Assembly: GCF_964030745.1 (NCBI RefSeq)
Contig: NZ_OZ034918.1
Span: 780,001 to 812,000, forward strand
DNA: 32,000 bases
From: Candidatus Saccharimonadota bacterium
Lineage (GTDB): Bacteria; Bacteroidota; Bacteroidia; Cytophagales; Amoebophilaceae
Direction: 5' to 3'
The notes beneath the pieces were generated by a model. The model ran no database searches, was not told the DNA's origin, and saw nothing but the letters and a program-made list of their open reading frames with translations. The translations under genes and the position numbers were made by a program. Of this stretch, positions 1 through 8,063 are shown piece after piece; the first letter of the stretch is position 1, and every line of letters begins with the position of its first letter.

Positions 1-1
1 T

Positions 2-655
2 GCAACCGATATTGAAGTAGAGATCATTTCTGGTGTAGAGGAGGCTACTTTAATTTATCATGGCATTAGCGCCTGCTTTGCATTAACAGATGGCCATGGT
101 TTAATTATGGATATAGGAGGTGGGAGCGTTGAGTGCATTATCTTTAATCATGTAAAACCATTATGGGAAAGAAGTTTTGCACTGGGTATACGGCGTGTTG
201 CTGCTCAATTTACCTATAGTGACCCTATTACACCCAGGCAAGTAGCCCTTTTAGAAGACTATTACCGCAGCATTTTACCCCCTCTTTTTGTTGAAATGAA
301 TCGCTACAAGCCTAGCCAACTCATTGGTAGTTCTGGCGCCTTCCGTACCTTATTGATGTTGTATAACTGCCACTACAACCTGCCAGCTATTGAAATAAAT
401 AGTGGCATAAAAAGGGTTTCTACAGAACAATTTTTTAAAATTTATCAAGTTATACTAACAACTCCTGTAGATGTTTGGAAAAGCAAGCTTGCTATTGAGC
501 CTGTTTTCTTAAAGCTCATTCCACTATCCGCCAGCCTTATTAAGATCATTCTTGAAACATGCAACCTGCAGGAGATTGTTATTTCAGGTAACTCTCTAAG
601 AACAGGTTTATTTATTCGAGAATGGAACCGTTTAAGACAAGAAAAGCGTATTTAA
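2..655 (+). CDS. Ppx/GppA-family phosphatase (exopolyphosphatase / pppGpp phosphohydrolase-like), C-terminal ~217 aa; 5' end outside window
   Basis: Frame is open from nt 2. Translation ATDIEVEIISGVEEATLIYHGI...LIMDIGGGSVECIIF carries the ISGxEEA and DIGGGS-x-E motifs typical of the ASKHA-fold Ppx/GppA family. Stop at 653-655. Confidence 0.8.
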   Translation, partial: ATDIEVEIISGVEEATLIYHGISACFALTDGHGLIMDIGGGSVECIIFNHVKPLWERSFALGIRRVAAQFTYSDPITPRQVALLEDYYRSILPPLFVEMNRYKPSQLIGSSGAFRTLLMLYNCHYNLPAIEINSGIKRVSTEQFFKIYQVILTTPVDVWKSKLAIEPVFLKLIPLSASLIKIILETCNLQEIVISGNSLRTGLFIREWNRLRQEKRI

Positions 656-921
656 GGTTGGCTATATTGGACCCTATAAGATGCCATCTGCCATAGCATC
701 ATGTAGTATCCCATCATTTTCTTTGGATTGTTTCGGCAATAATTGTAGATTAATGTGGTTGTTTCTTTTTAATACAACGCTTTATTATTTTTGCTATGAT
801 ATCATTTAAAACTGGTTTTGCCATTGCAATAGTACTATATATGATTGCAATGAATTATTTGTTGTTCCATTACGTACGAGACAAGTACTTTCGTAAGTAA
901 ACATTCAATCAGAATGTCCAT

Positions 922-1058
922 TAGGCCTCTTTCGAAATCTATTTGCAGTGCGCAATGTACCAGAAGTACAATCCAGCATTCTAGCCTATTCAGCTGTATA
1001 TGCCACATACAAGTAAGCCTTTAATAAGCTGTTAAAATCAAGTTTTAAAAGAGGCCTA
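922..1058. repeat. 137-bp MITE-like element, family 2 (TTCGAA-cored terminal inverted repeats)
   Basis: Ends TAGGCCTCTTTCGAAA (922-937) and TTTTAAAAGAGGCCTA (1043-1058) are near-perfect inverted repeats. The interior begins CTATTTGCAGTGCGCAAT, like the copy at 3824-3960. Confidence 0.4.
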
Positions 1059-1422
1059 GTTACAAAATCTTAATAAGCAACGACCCTTTATAGCGCTTAA
1101 GCAACCTAAGCCCATACACTTTCCTAACTTTATCCTTTCTATCACGATTCACCCTATTTATAAAATCAGCTTAAAATCAAAAAATAATCCTATAAAGGTT
1201 GGTTGTTGTGTTGGGCAATTGATAGGTGCTGTTTTTTGCTTACTAACATAATTTTTAAAATAAATATCTATATGGCTATTTATTTTCGATTAATATTGTT
1301 AAATTTTAAGTGTGTTTATTATTTAGCATATTATTTGAAACATGCAAATAATAGTATAGAAAAAAGTTGGTTGTAAGCTATTTTGTAGTTCTTGCAATGC
1401 TAAGCATATATCTAAGAAAGGC

Positions 1423-2832
1423 ATGGAACATAAGAAAGTTTTGCTACTGTGGCTGCTAATATTGTGTAGCTGTAACACTGGCGTTAAGCAAGATATAGCT
1501 CCTGGCCCCCCATCGTTTTGTTTGAAGGTCCATACCATGCTTAATGATCCTAGTAGGGGTTGCAATGCTGATTCTATGTCTGCTACTGATTCTCATGCAT
1601 ACCTTAGACGTGCTGCTGATTTAATCTCCCTTTCTACCGATAAATTTATTTCCAATTTTTGTTCCGCTATTGATGCTGCCCCCTCTGTTGTTGCTGATGA
1701 TTTGACTACTGCTTTTCATTCTGCTGCTGGTGTTAGAACTGCTGCTGATGATCAAGCTAAAACTGCTCGTGATGCTACCAGTGCTGCTCAGCAGGAGGCT
1801 GACACTATTGCTGCTGCTCAGAAGGTTGCTGCTAGCCATGCTAATGCTGATGCCCGTGCTGATATTGCCCGTGCTGATACTACTGTTGCACGTGCTTTTG
1901 GGGATAATATTGTTGCACCCGCTCTTTACGTTCGTGCTGCTTCTAAATGTGCTGTTGCTGCTGCTGCTGTTGCTCGTGCTGTTTCTGCTTATACTGCTGT
2001 TGCTGCTGCTTATGCTGCTGCTGCTCGTGCTGCTTATGTTGCTTATACTGCTGGCTATGTTACTGCTTTTGCTCAAGTTGCCCGTGCTGCTGCTAATGCT
2101 CGTGCTGCTGCTGCTACTGCTCATGATTTTGCTGCTGATGCTGCTCATTTTGTTGCTGCTACTCATCATTATCTTGCTAGTGCTGAAAATGCTGCTGCTG
2201 CTGCTGCTTGTGCTGCTACTTGTACTGCTAGTATGCGTTCTGTTGCTTCTGTTGCTGTTGCTCGTGCTGCTGCTACTGATTCTGTTTCTATTGCTGCTAC
2301 TGTTGCTGCTGGTATTCGTCATGCTGCTGATGCTGCCCGTGATGCTTCTAATGCTGCTGAGACTGCTGCTGCTGATGCTCGTGCTGCTTCTGCCTCTGCC
2401 TCGGTTGCTGCTGCTTATGCCTCTTCTGTCCGTGCTGCTAATGCTTCTCTTGCTGCTTTTGAGGGTGCTTGTCGTGTTGCACGTGCTGCTAGAGTGTGTA
2501 TTCGTTGCTGCTTTAATATCCTTAGTGCTTCTTCTGCTCCTGCTAATAACGCCCGTCGTCTTGCTTCTCTTCGTAACTACACTGAATCTGCCAATGCTGC
2601 TTCTGCTGCTGTTGATGACGGTTATGCTGCTGTTGTCTCTGCTCATGCTGTTGCTTGTCATGAGGCTTCTCTTGCTCGTCGTGAGGTTGCTGCCGGTTGT
2701 GTTGATCCTGATGTTGTTGCTGCCGTTGCTGCTGCTACTCATTTTGTCTCTGCTGCTTACATTGCTGTTGATTTTTGTGCGCATATTCAACGTTTGCAGC
2801 GAGGCGCTGCTGCTCATTTTCCTGTTCGGTAG
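1423..2832 (+). CDS. Alanine-rich putative lipoprotein, low-complexity, NNT-codon tract
   Basis: N-terminus MEHKKVLLLWLLILCSCNTG has a basic n-region, a hydrophobic core and a lipobox-like LCSC. About 400 aa dominated by Ala follow. This frame was preferred over the overlapping +2 (Leu-rich) and antisense (Ser-rich) open frames because only it has a signal peptide and extends beyond the biased tract. Confidence 0.6.
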   Translation: MEHKKVLLLWLLILCSCNTGVKQDIAPGPPSFCLKVHTMLNDPSRGCNADSMSATDSHAYLRRAADLISLSTDKFISNFCSAIDAAPSVVADDLTTAFHSAAGVRTAADDQAKTARDATSAAQQEADTIAAAQKVAASHANADARADIARADTTVARAFGDNIVAPALYVRAASKCAVAAAAVARAVSAYTAVAAAYAAAARAAYVAYTAGYVTAFAQVARAAANARAAAATAHDFAADAAHFVAATHHYLASAENAAAAAACAATCTASMRSVASVAVARAAATDSVSIAATVAAGIRHAADAARDASNAAETAAADARAASASASVAAAYASSVRAANASLAAFEGACRVARAARVCIRCCFNILSASSAPANNARRLASLRNYTESANAASAAVDDGYAAVVSAHAVACHEASLARREVAAGCVDPDVVAAVAAATHFVSAAYIAVDFCAHIQRLQRGAAAHFPVR

Positions 2833-3175
2833 TTATTAAAACTATATAAAAACATTGCCTATCTATTGCAATAAAGTTATGGTATAGTATGTCGTATGTT
2901 CACCATTGTGGTAATAAAAGCTATTGTGTGCTCCGATAAAGGAATGCGGTGCTTCAGTAAAACTTGGGTCTTTGAGTACGCTGCTTTTCAGTGGATCAGA
3001 AAAATAGCTTGTTTGAAGCTCATGCAGTGGGCGATTTCTGTTTTTTTCGATGCAAAATAGATCTTTTTATTATTTTTATTCTGTGCCCAATCTTTTCTAA
3101 GCGGCTAAAAATAGGGTGGTATATTAAATAATACATTCGCAAAAATGCTATTCTGTTTAATAGTTAATAACATTC

Positions 3176-3197
3176 ATTCCTTAAGTTGACGCCATTG
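3176..3197. repeat. 22-bp perfect inverted-repeat arm (partner at 10277-10298)
   Basis: ATTCCTTAAGTTGACGCCATTG is the exact reverse complement of CAATGGCGTCAACTTAAGGAAT at 10277-10298. The flanks show weaker similarity over roughly 60 bp. Confidence 0.8.
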
Positions 3198-3318
3198 AGC
3201 CTTTAGTTGCATTTGTTTTTAAAAAACCTTTTGATTACCTTTCGCCCATAAGCAGCAGAAAAGAAATCAACTGTTTAGGCTGTAGATGACTGTCTGCTAA
3301 ATAGTAAATAAGCCAAGG

Positions 3319-3564
3319 ATGAACTTATCGATCATATCGCCTACTGGTAAACTTTTTAATGGAGAGGTGCATAGTGTAATGTTGCCAGGTACACTTGGTC
3401 CATTTCAGGTGCTTCCCAATCATGCTCCTGTTGTCAGTAGTTTAACAGCAGGGAAGATCACTTATACGGTTGGAGCAACATCATCGTCCGTTTCAGTCAG
3501 TAGTGGTTTTACCTCAATAGCTGATAACCAGGTTATGGTAGTTTGTGAACCTATCGAATGGTGA
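3319..3564 (+). CDS. atpC: F0F1 ATP synthase epsilon subunit (short Bacteroidetes-type, 81 aa)
   Basis: MNLSIISPTGKLFNGEVHSVMLPGTLGPFQVLPNHAPVVSSL matches the conserved epsilon N-terminal beta-sandwich pattern (V.P...F.G.V..V.LPG..G.F.VL..HAP....L). Confidence 0.85.
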   Translation: MNLSIISPTGKLFNGEVHSVMLPGTLGPFQVLPNHAPVVSSLTAGKITYTVGATSSSVSVSSGFTSIADNQVMVVCEPIEW

Positions 3565-3823
3565 ACATAAAGTGAACATAAAGGATATAAAATTGCTGAT
3601 CACAAATAGTTTTTGCAGAAGGTCTATGGTTGTAAATGTTTTTTTATGACTTTTAAGCTAAAAATGATAACTCTTTAAGAGTTTGAGTGAACAAGTGATT
3701 TAAAAATGTAATATATTAGGCAATAAAGCCTCTTGGCTCATTTAAGTGGATCGATGCAAGGAGTAGCCAACCTCGTAAACCCAATAAATGGGCCTACGGG
3801 TACAGATCATTAAAATAATAACA

Positions 3824-3960
3824 CCCCGCTTTCGAAAGCTATTTGTAGGGGGCAATTTTGGAGAGCAGTATGGTCGAGCGTTGCAGCATGCTCCGCTCTA
3901 CTTTGAAGGGTATAGACTGGTTTTAAAATTGCCATTGGCAATCACGTTTCGAAAGAGGGG
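3824..3960. repeat. 137-bp MITE-like element, family 2, directly upstream of the CIS operon
   Basis: Ends CCCCGCTTTCGAAAG (3824-3838) and GTTTCGAAAGAGGGG (3946-3960) are inverted repeats. It has the same length and the same CTATTTG-AG-G-GCAAT interior start as 922-1058. Confidence 0.4.
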
Positions 3961-3977
3961 CAATAAAGCGGCTAACA

Positions 3978-4538
3978 ATGCTACATCATTGCACTAGTAC
4001 TATATTATCTGAGGCGAATCAATACATTCAATCTAAGGCGAATGTAAAGGGGCCGGCTATATCCTTGGCGATTCTGGGCAATTCGCAAGCAGAAAGCAAG
4101 TCCTCGAAAGGCATTATGATGCGATTGGTGGATATCACTTCTGTAGAATTGTGCAGCAATCCTACGCAGTATGTGCCACAGGGCGATGGTTTTATTGTAC
4201 GCAAAGTGCCAGAAGCATTTAATCTTTATTTTTTGTTTTCTATTGACTATAAGCCATCTGACCTGTTAAAAAATTTAGAATTACTTGCTTATGTGGCAGC
4301 ATTTTTTCAAACTAAATCACACTTTGATGGCTCTAATACGCCTATTTTACAGGAAATAGGGATTGAGAGTTTTTCTGTCGAGTTGGTTAAAATGACTCCA
4401 CCAGAGAAGGCCATGCTTTGGGAAAGCTTACATGCTCCTTATAGTCCTTCTTTACTCTATAAGGTGGGGCTGATATTTATAGGAGATGCTACGATGGGTT
4501 TAAAGGTAGTATCAGCATTTTCATCACGTGAAAGGTAA
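3978..4538 (+). CDS. DUF4255 / Pvc16-Afp16 N-terminal-domain-like protein (CIS tail cap/terminator candidate)
   Basis: 186 aa, first gene of the CIS operon, 5 nt before the next ORF. The size, the position ahead of the sheath, and the pattern (AISLAILGN...IMMRLVDITSVE...PSLLYKVGLIF) resemble DUF4255 proteins that open Bacteroidota CIS loci. Judged by eye only. Confidence 0.5.
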   Translation: MLHHCTSTILSEANQYIQSKANVKGPAISLAILGNSQAESKSSKGIMMRLVDITSVELCSNPTQYVPQGDGFIVRKVPEAFNLYFLFSIDYKPSDLLKNLELLAYVAAFFQTKSHFDGSNTPILQEIGIESFSVELVKMTPPEKAMLWESLHAPYSPSLLYKVGLIFIGDATMGLKVVSAFSSRER

Positions 4539-4543
4539 TCGTT

Positions 4544-5404
4544 ATGGCATTTACCACAAAATTATTTCGAATAACTATTTCAAATAATTACTATAAGTCT
4601 AATAATGCCTGCAATGATTTCGATATAGAACCAACCAGGTCTACCGCTTCCTGGATGGCTGCACGCAGGGTGCGCATGTTGCGTCACCTAGATGGCATAG
4701 AGCTGATATGGCTTTCGCAGGATTATGATCATCCGTTGGAGTTGTTTCAAAAAAAGGCAGATGGCATTACCCTTTCTTTTGTGATGACATTAAAGAATAG
4801 CCAAGCATTGAATCTTTTGGAATTAGAGTCTGGTTATTCAACAGGCCAAGTCTACCATTTGTATAATTGGCATGCACACCATCATAATTGGCTGCACAGC
4901 AAACCCTTTATGGGTAGTGTTGATTTGGTTAAGATTGAGGAAGTAGCCCATTACCCTACCGGGCCAGGTGGGAATGTTTTTGCGCTGATTGATATAGATC
5001 TTAACCATTTAGGCCAAGCGATATCCAAGCAAAAAGAGCCTCTTTTTGTTGAGCCTATTACCTATACCATTAAGGTTCAAAACCGCTCCACTTTTTGGAG
5101 ATATTATTTAGTAGATACCAACAAGCGGCTTGGTGGATCTTTGGGTATTCTCTCTAAAGGAGATGCCTCTTACTTTGGCAAAGTAAAGGTTTCTACAGAG
5201 TTTCCTAATACCTATTGTGCAGAATCTACCATGCCCATGGAGCTTTGTGATCAATATGATCGTTCTTTTTCACTTTGTAAACTTGGTGGCGAAAAAGGTG
5301 CAACCATATTATTAGAGAAATTGCCTTATCCTACTTTTGATTCGCTCAAAAAGGATAAGGTTAATAAAAAGAAACACTATAGTGATATAGTTGTATATGT
5401 TTAG
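4544..5404 (+). CDS. Hypothetical protein, CIS-operon-associated (286 aa)
   Basis: Long ORF tightly packed between the DUF4255-like and sheath genes. No recognisable motif. Confidence 0.6.
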   Translation: MAFTTKLFRITISNNYYKSNNACNDFDIEPTRSTASWMAARRVRMLRHLDGIELIWLSQDYDHPLELFQKKADGITLSFVMTLKNSQALNLLELESGYSTGQVYHLYNWHAHHHNWLHSKPFMGSVDLVKIEEVAHYPTGPGGNVFALIDIDLNHLGQAISKQKEPLFVEPITYTIKVQNRSTFWRYYLVDTNKRLGGSLGILSKGDASYFGKVKVSTEFPNTYCAESTMPMELCDQYDRSFSLCKLGGEKGATILLEKLPYPTFDSLKKDKVNKKKHYSDIVVYV

Positions 5405-5450
5405 TTTAAACTTAATTTTAACTGTTATATAATTCATAAAATCAAATAAA

Positions 5451-6938
5451 ATGGCTGAAAATTTAAAAACTCCCGGCGTGTACATCGTCGAGAAGGATAC
5501 GGGTGCCAACGCCGTGGTTCAAGTATCAACTGCAGTTCCTGCTTTTATAGGTTTCACTGAAAGGGCTGAAATTAATGGGAAGTCGTTTCATATGAAGCCG
5601 GTTCAGATCTCTTCACTTTCTGAATATGAGTTGTTTTTTGGAGGACCAGCAGTCCCTGTCTATACCATTAAGGAGGTAACCAGTGGGGATAAAGATTTGG
5701 TGATGAATGGCAAATCTTATCTCATGGAGCAGAGTGCAAACTCTACATTTTATCTATATAATAGCTTGAAGCTATTCTTTGATAATGGTGGTGCAGATTG
5801 TTTTATTGTCTCTGTTGGTCAATATGGTGATCCAAATGTACAGTTAGAAATTACACCAGATGTATTCAAACAAGGTATAGATACGCTAGCTGGAGAAGAG
5901 GTGCCCACTATGTTGTTAATGCCAGACTCACTCTTACTAGATGAAGAAGATGCCTCTTACTATGCGGTGCAGACCTATGGGTTGGCACATTGTGGCAAGT
6001 ATCTGAATAAAGTCGCATTATTTGATATATGGGGTGGCAACAAGGAATTATCTATAGAGGATAAAAATAAATATGTCAACAGGTTTCGTGAATATATTGG
6101 ATTAGATAATTTGAGTTATGGTGCCGCCTATTATCCATGGGTTAAAACAAACATTATCCCATTGAATAGTATTGATTATAGAAATTTTGATCTAGAGTCG
6201 CTCAAGGGTGTATTACAAGAAGAGCACAAAGCAATGCTCTCTAATCTAATGAGCGCTTCTACAGAGAAAGAGAAAGTCTATTGGGATGCTGGGCTAAAGA
6301 ATACCAGTAAGGAGTACAAATTGCTGCGTAAAACTATTGCAGATCGGTTAAATATTCTTCCAGCTGCTCCAGCTATGGCTGGACTTTACACCAGAACAGA
6401 TAAAGCCAGAGGGGTATGGATTGCACCAGCCAATCAAAACTTAAACTCTGTGGTGGAGCCGATGGTTAAAATTACCCATGAAGAGCAAGAAGCACTGAAT
6501 GTAGATGGTATTAGCGGGAAATCGATCAATGCCATTCGGACCTTTAAAGGAGCGGGTGCTGCAGTCGTTTGGGGAGCGAGAACCTTGGCTGGCAATAGTC
6601 CAGAATGGCGGTATATTAACGTCAGAAGGTTGTTTATTCTGATTGAGCAATCTATCAAAAATGCAGCATTTTCGGTTGTGTTTAGGCCAAATGTTCCTGT
6701 TACTTGGGCAGTTGTACAGGGCATGATTTCCAACTTCCTAACCAATCTTTGGCGGCAAGGTGCTTTAGTAGGTGCAAGTCCTGCAGAGGCATTCACCGTA
6801 CTTTGTGGGTTGGGTGAGACCATGTCTCAAGATGATGTAAATGAAGGCATCATGCGTATTTCAGTAAAAGTATCGGCTCCTAGACCAGCTGAGTTTATTG
6901 TGATCACCTTTGAACAAAAAATGGGTGCAGATGGTTAA
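5451..6938 (+). CDS. Contractile tail sheath protein (Afp2-4 / Pvc2-4 / phage tail sheath family)
   Basis: N-terminus MAENLKTPGVYIVEKDTGANAVVQVSTAVPAFIGFTERA and C-terminal VWGARTLAGNSPEWRYINVRRLFILIEQSIKNA...FRPNVPVTWAVVQGMISNFLTNLWRQGALVGASPAEAFTVLCG are the hallmark sheath N- and C-terminal signatures. Confidence 0.93.
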   Translation: MAENLKTPGVYIVEKDTGANAVVQVSTAVPAFIGFTERAEINGKSFHMKPVQISSLSEYELFFGGPAVPVYTIKEVTSGDKDLVMNGKSYLMEQSANSTFYLYNSLKLFFDNGGADCFIVSVGQYGDPNVQLEITPDVFKQGIDTLAGEEVPTMLLMPDSLLLDEEDASYYAVQTYGLAHCGKYLNKVALFDIWGGNKELSIEDKNKYVNRFREYIGLDNLSYGAAYYPWVKTNIIPLNSIDYRNFDLESLKGVLQEEHKAMLSNLMSASTEKEKVYWDAGLKNTSKEYKLLRKTIADRLNILPAAPAMAGLYTRTDKARGVWIAPANQNLNSVVEPMVKITHEEQEALNVDGISGKSINAIRTFKGAGAAVVWGARTLAGNSPEWRYINVRRLFILIEQSIKNAAFSVVFRPNVPVTWAVVQGMISNFLTNLWRQGALVGASPAEAFTVLCGLGETMSQDDVNEGIMRISVKVSAPRPAEFIVITFEQKMGADG

Positions 6939-6954
6939 ACATGCACCTGTGTGT

Positions 6955-6981
6955 ATATAGGGGGTATTTTCCCCCCTATAT
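6955..6981 (+). terminator. Perfect 10-bp stem hairpin just after the sheath gene (possible attenuator/partial terminator)
   Basis: ATATAGGGGG (6955-6964), a 7-nt loop, then CCCCCTATAT (6972-6981), followed by TTATT. Confidence 0.4.
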
Positions 6982-7033
6982 TTATTAAAGATTATTGCTT
7001 ATAATTTGAAAAATATTTAAAACTGAAATAACC

Positions 7034-7498
7034 ATGGCTGATAACTTATTAGTACCTGCTATAGTCCATTTTAATTTGGGCTCCTCAAAGGTTAGTATAA
7101 CGGACTACCATATAGCAGTTACCATAGAAAATGGATCCGAGTATATTAGATCAGTTAATGCACAAGGTAAGTCTGCTTATGCTATATGTAAAGGAGGAGA
7201 GATTCGACAAAAGGCTGATATTAAAGTTTCTATACTTAAAACACCAGATGGAAAATTTGATGATGATATTAAAAAAGTAGAAAAAAACTTAGATGCCAGT
7301 AAGGAAAATGATCCTAAAAAATATGTGGAAAATATGCTTTTTAGTTTTGCAACCAATGATGATAAGCCATTCGCACATATACAATTCCAAGGGTATGTTT
7401 GTGAGAAGAGCGAGGATGTAGATCCTGAAACTCAAATACCTGTAGTGACAGCTGAACTTGCTGTTTATGATCCAGTTAGCTTTGTGATTAAACAATAG
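7034..7498 (+). CDS. Small CIS-operon protein (154 aa), possible divergent tube/Hcp-like component
   Basis: Position between the sheath and the canonical tube gene, and tube-like size. No motif recognised by eye. Confidence 0.5.
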   Translation: MADNLLVPAIVHFNLGSSKVSITDYHIAVTIENGSEYIRSVNAQGKSAYAICKGGEIRQKADIKVSILKTPDGKFDDDIKKVEKNLDASKENDPKKYVENMLFSFATNDDKPFAHIQFQGYVCEKSEDVDPETQIPVVTAELAVYDPVSFVIKQ

Positions 7499-7572
7499 CG
7501 TACTGCATTTATGATTGAGTTTTTAGAATATATTAAGTAGTTTAACTAACTAGAATTTCACAGAAAGATATT

Positions 7573-8016
7573 ATGCAAAGAGTAACTATTGATTATAAAC
7601 ACTTTAATAAAGCAGGTTTTGATAGTAAAACTTGTAGTGTTTTGGTTGTTGGTATACCAAATCAAAAAACATCGACCCAGGCAACCGTATATGATACGGC
7701 ATCCTCTGCACCACTTCGTTATAATCAACGCAGTGCTCCAAAAATTGCAACTTTCACCGTAGATTTCTTACCCCGTATAACGAGCAAAGATTTGTTATCA
7801 AAAGCACATGATTTGGTTAAAGAAGTGTCTGGGGATAAGTATAATCCAGAACCATTTACCCTTTGTGTACATAAAAAAGACGGATCAATAGATACAAAAA
7901 AAACGCTAAATGATGTGATCGTACAAAGCGTAAGCTTGTTTTTGGATAGGAAGAACGAAACTACAGGTGAAAAGGGGTATGTTCGTATACGCTTTACTTT
8001 ACAAGGATTAGTATAG
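7573..8016 (+). CDS. Small CIS-operon protein (147 aa), possible divergent tube/Hcp-like component
   Basis: Same arguments as 7034-7498: co-directional, short gaps, tube-like size. Confidence 0.5.
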   Translation: MQRVTIDYKHFNKAGFDSKTCSVLVVGIPNQKTSTQATVYDTASSAPLRYNQRSAPKIATFTVDFLPRITSKDLLSKAHDLVKEVSGDKYNPEPFTLCVHKKDGSIDTKKTLNDVIVQSVSLFLDRKNETTGEKGYVRIRFTLQGLV

Positions 8017-8063
8017 CGAGATAAAAAGTAATCATATGATGTTTTTAACCTTGTGCTGATTTT

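Noticed and set aside
1600-2832. Diversity-generating retroelement variable region as an explanation for the NNT pattern
   Set aside because: DGR variable regions are short (~100-150 bp) and need a nearby template repeat and reverse transcriptase. Neither is in the window, and the biased tract is ~1.2 kb. Kept only as something to exclude by genome-wide search.
1621-2839. Long antisense Ser-rich ORF (1621-2817, minus) and Leu-rich +2 ORF (1730-2839) overlapping the Ala-rich gene
   Set aside because: Both are automatic by-products of the NNT codon tract: NTN and ANN triplets cannot be stop codons. They begin and end at the tract boundaries and lack any signal or independent context. The + frame alone extends upstream into a signal peptide.
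3788-3997. 69-aa ORF upstream of the CIS operon
   Set aside because: It lies almost entirely within the 137-bp MITE-like element (3824-3960) and has no coding features.
6434-6823. Antisense ORFs inside the sheath gene (6434-6823, 6441-6650); similar small antisense ORFs at 5312-5509, 7289-7495 and 8439-8801
   Set aside because: They are embedded antisense in strongly supported genes, are short and carry no motifs.
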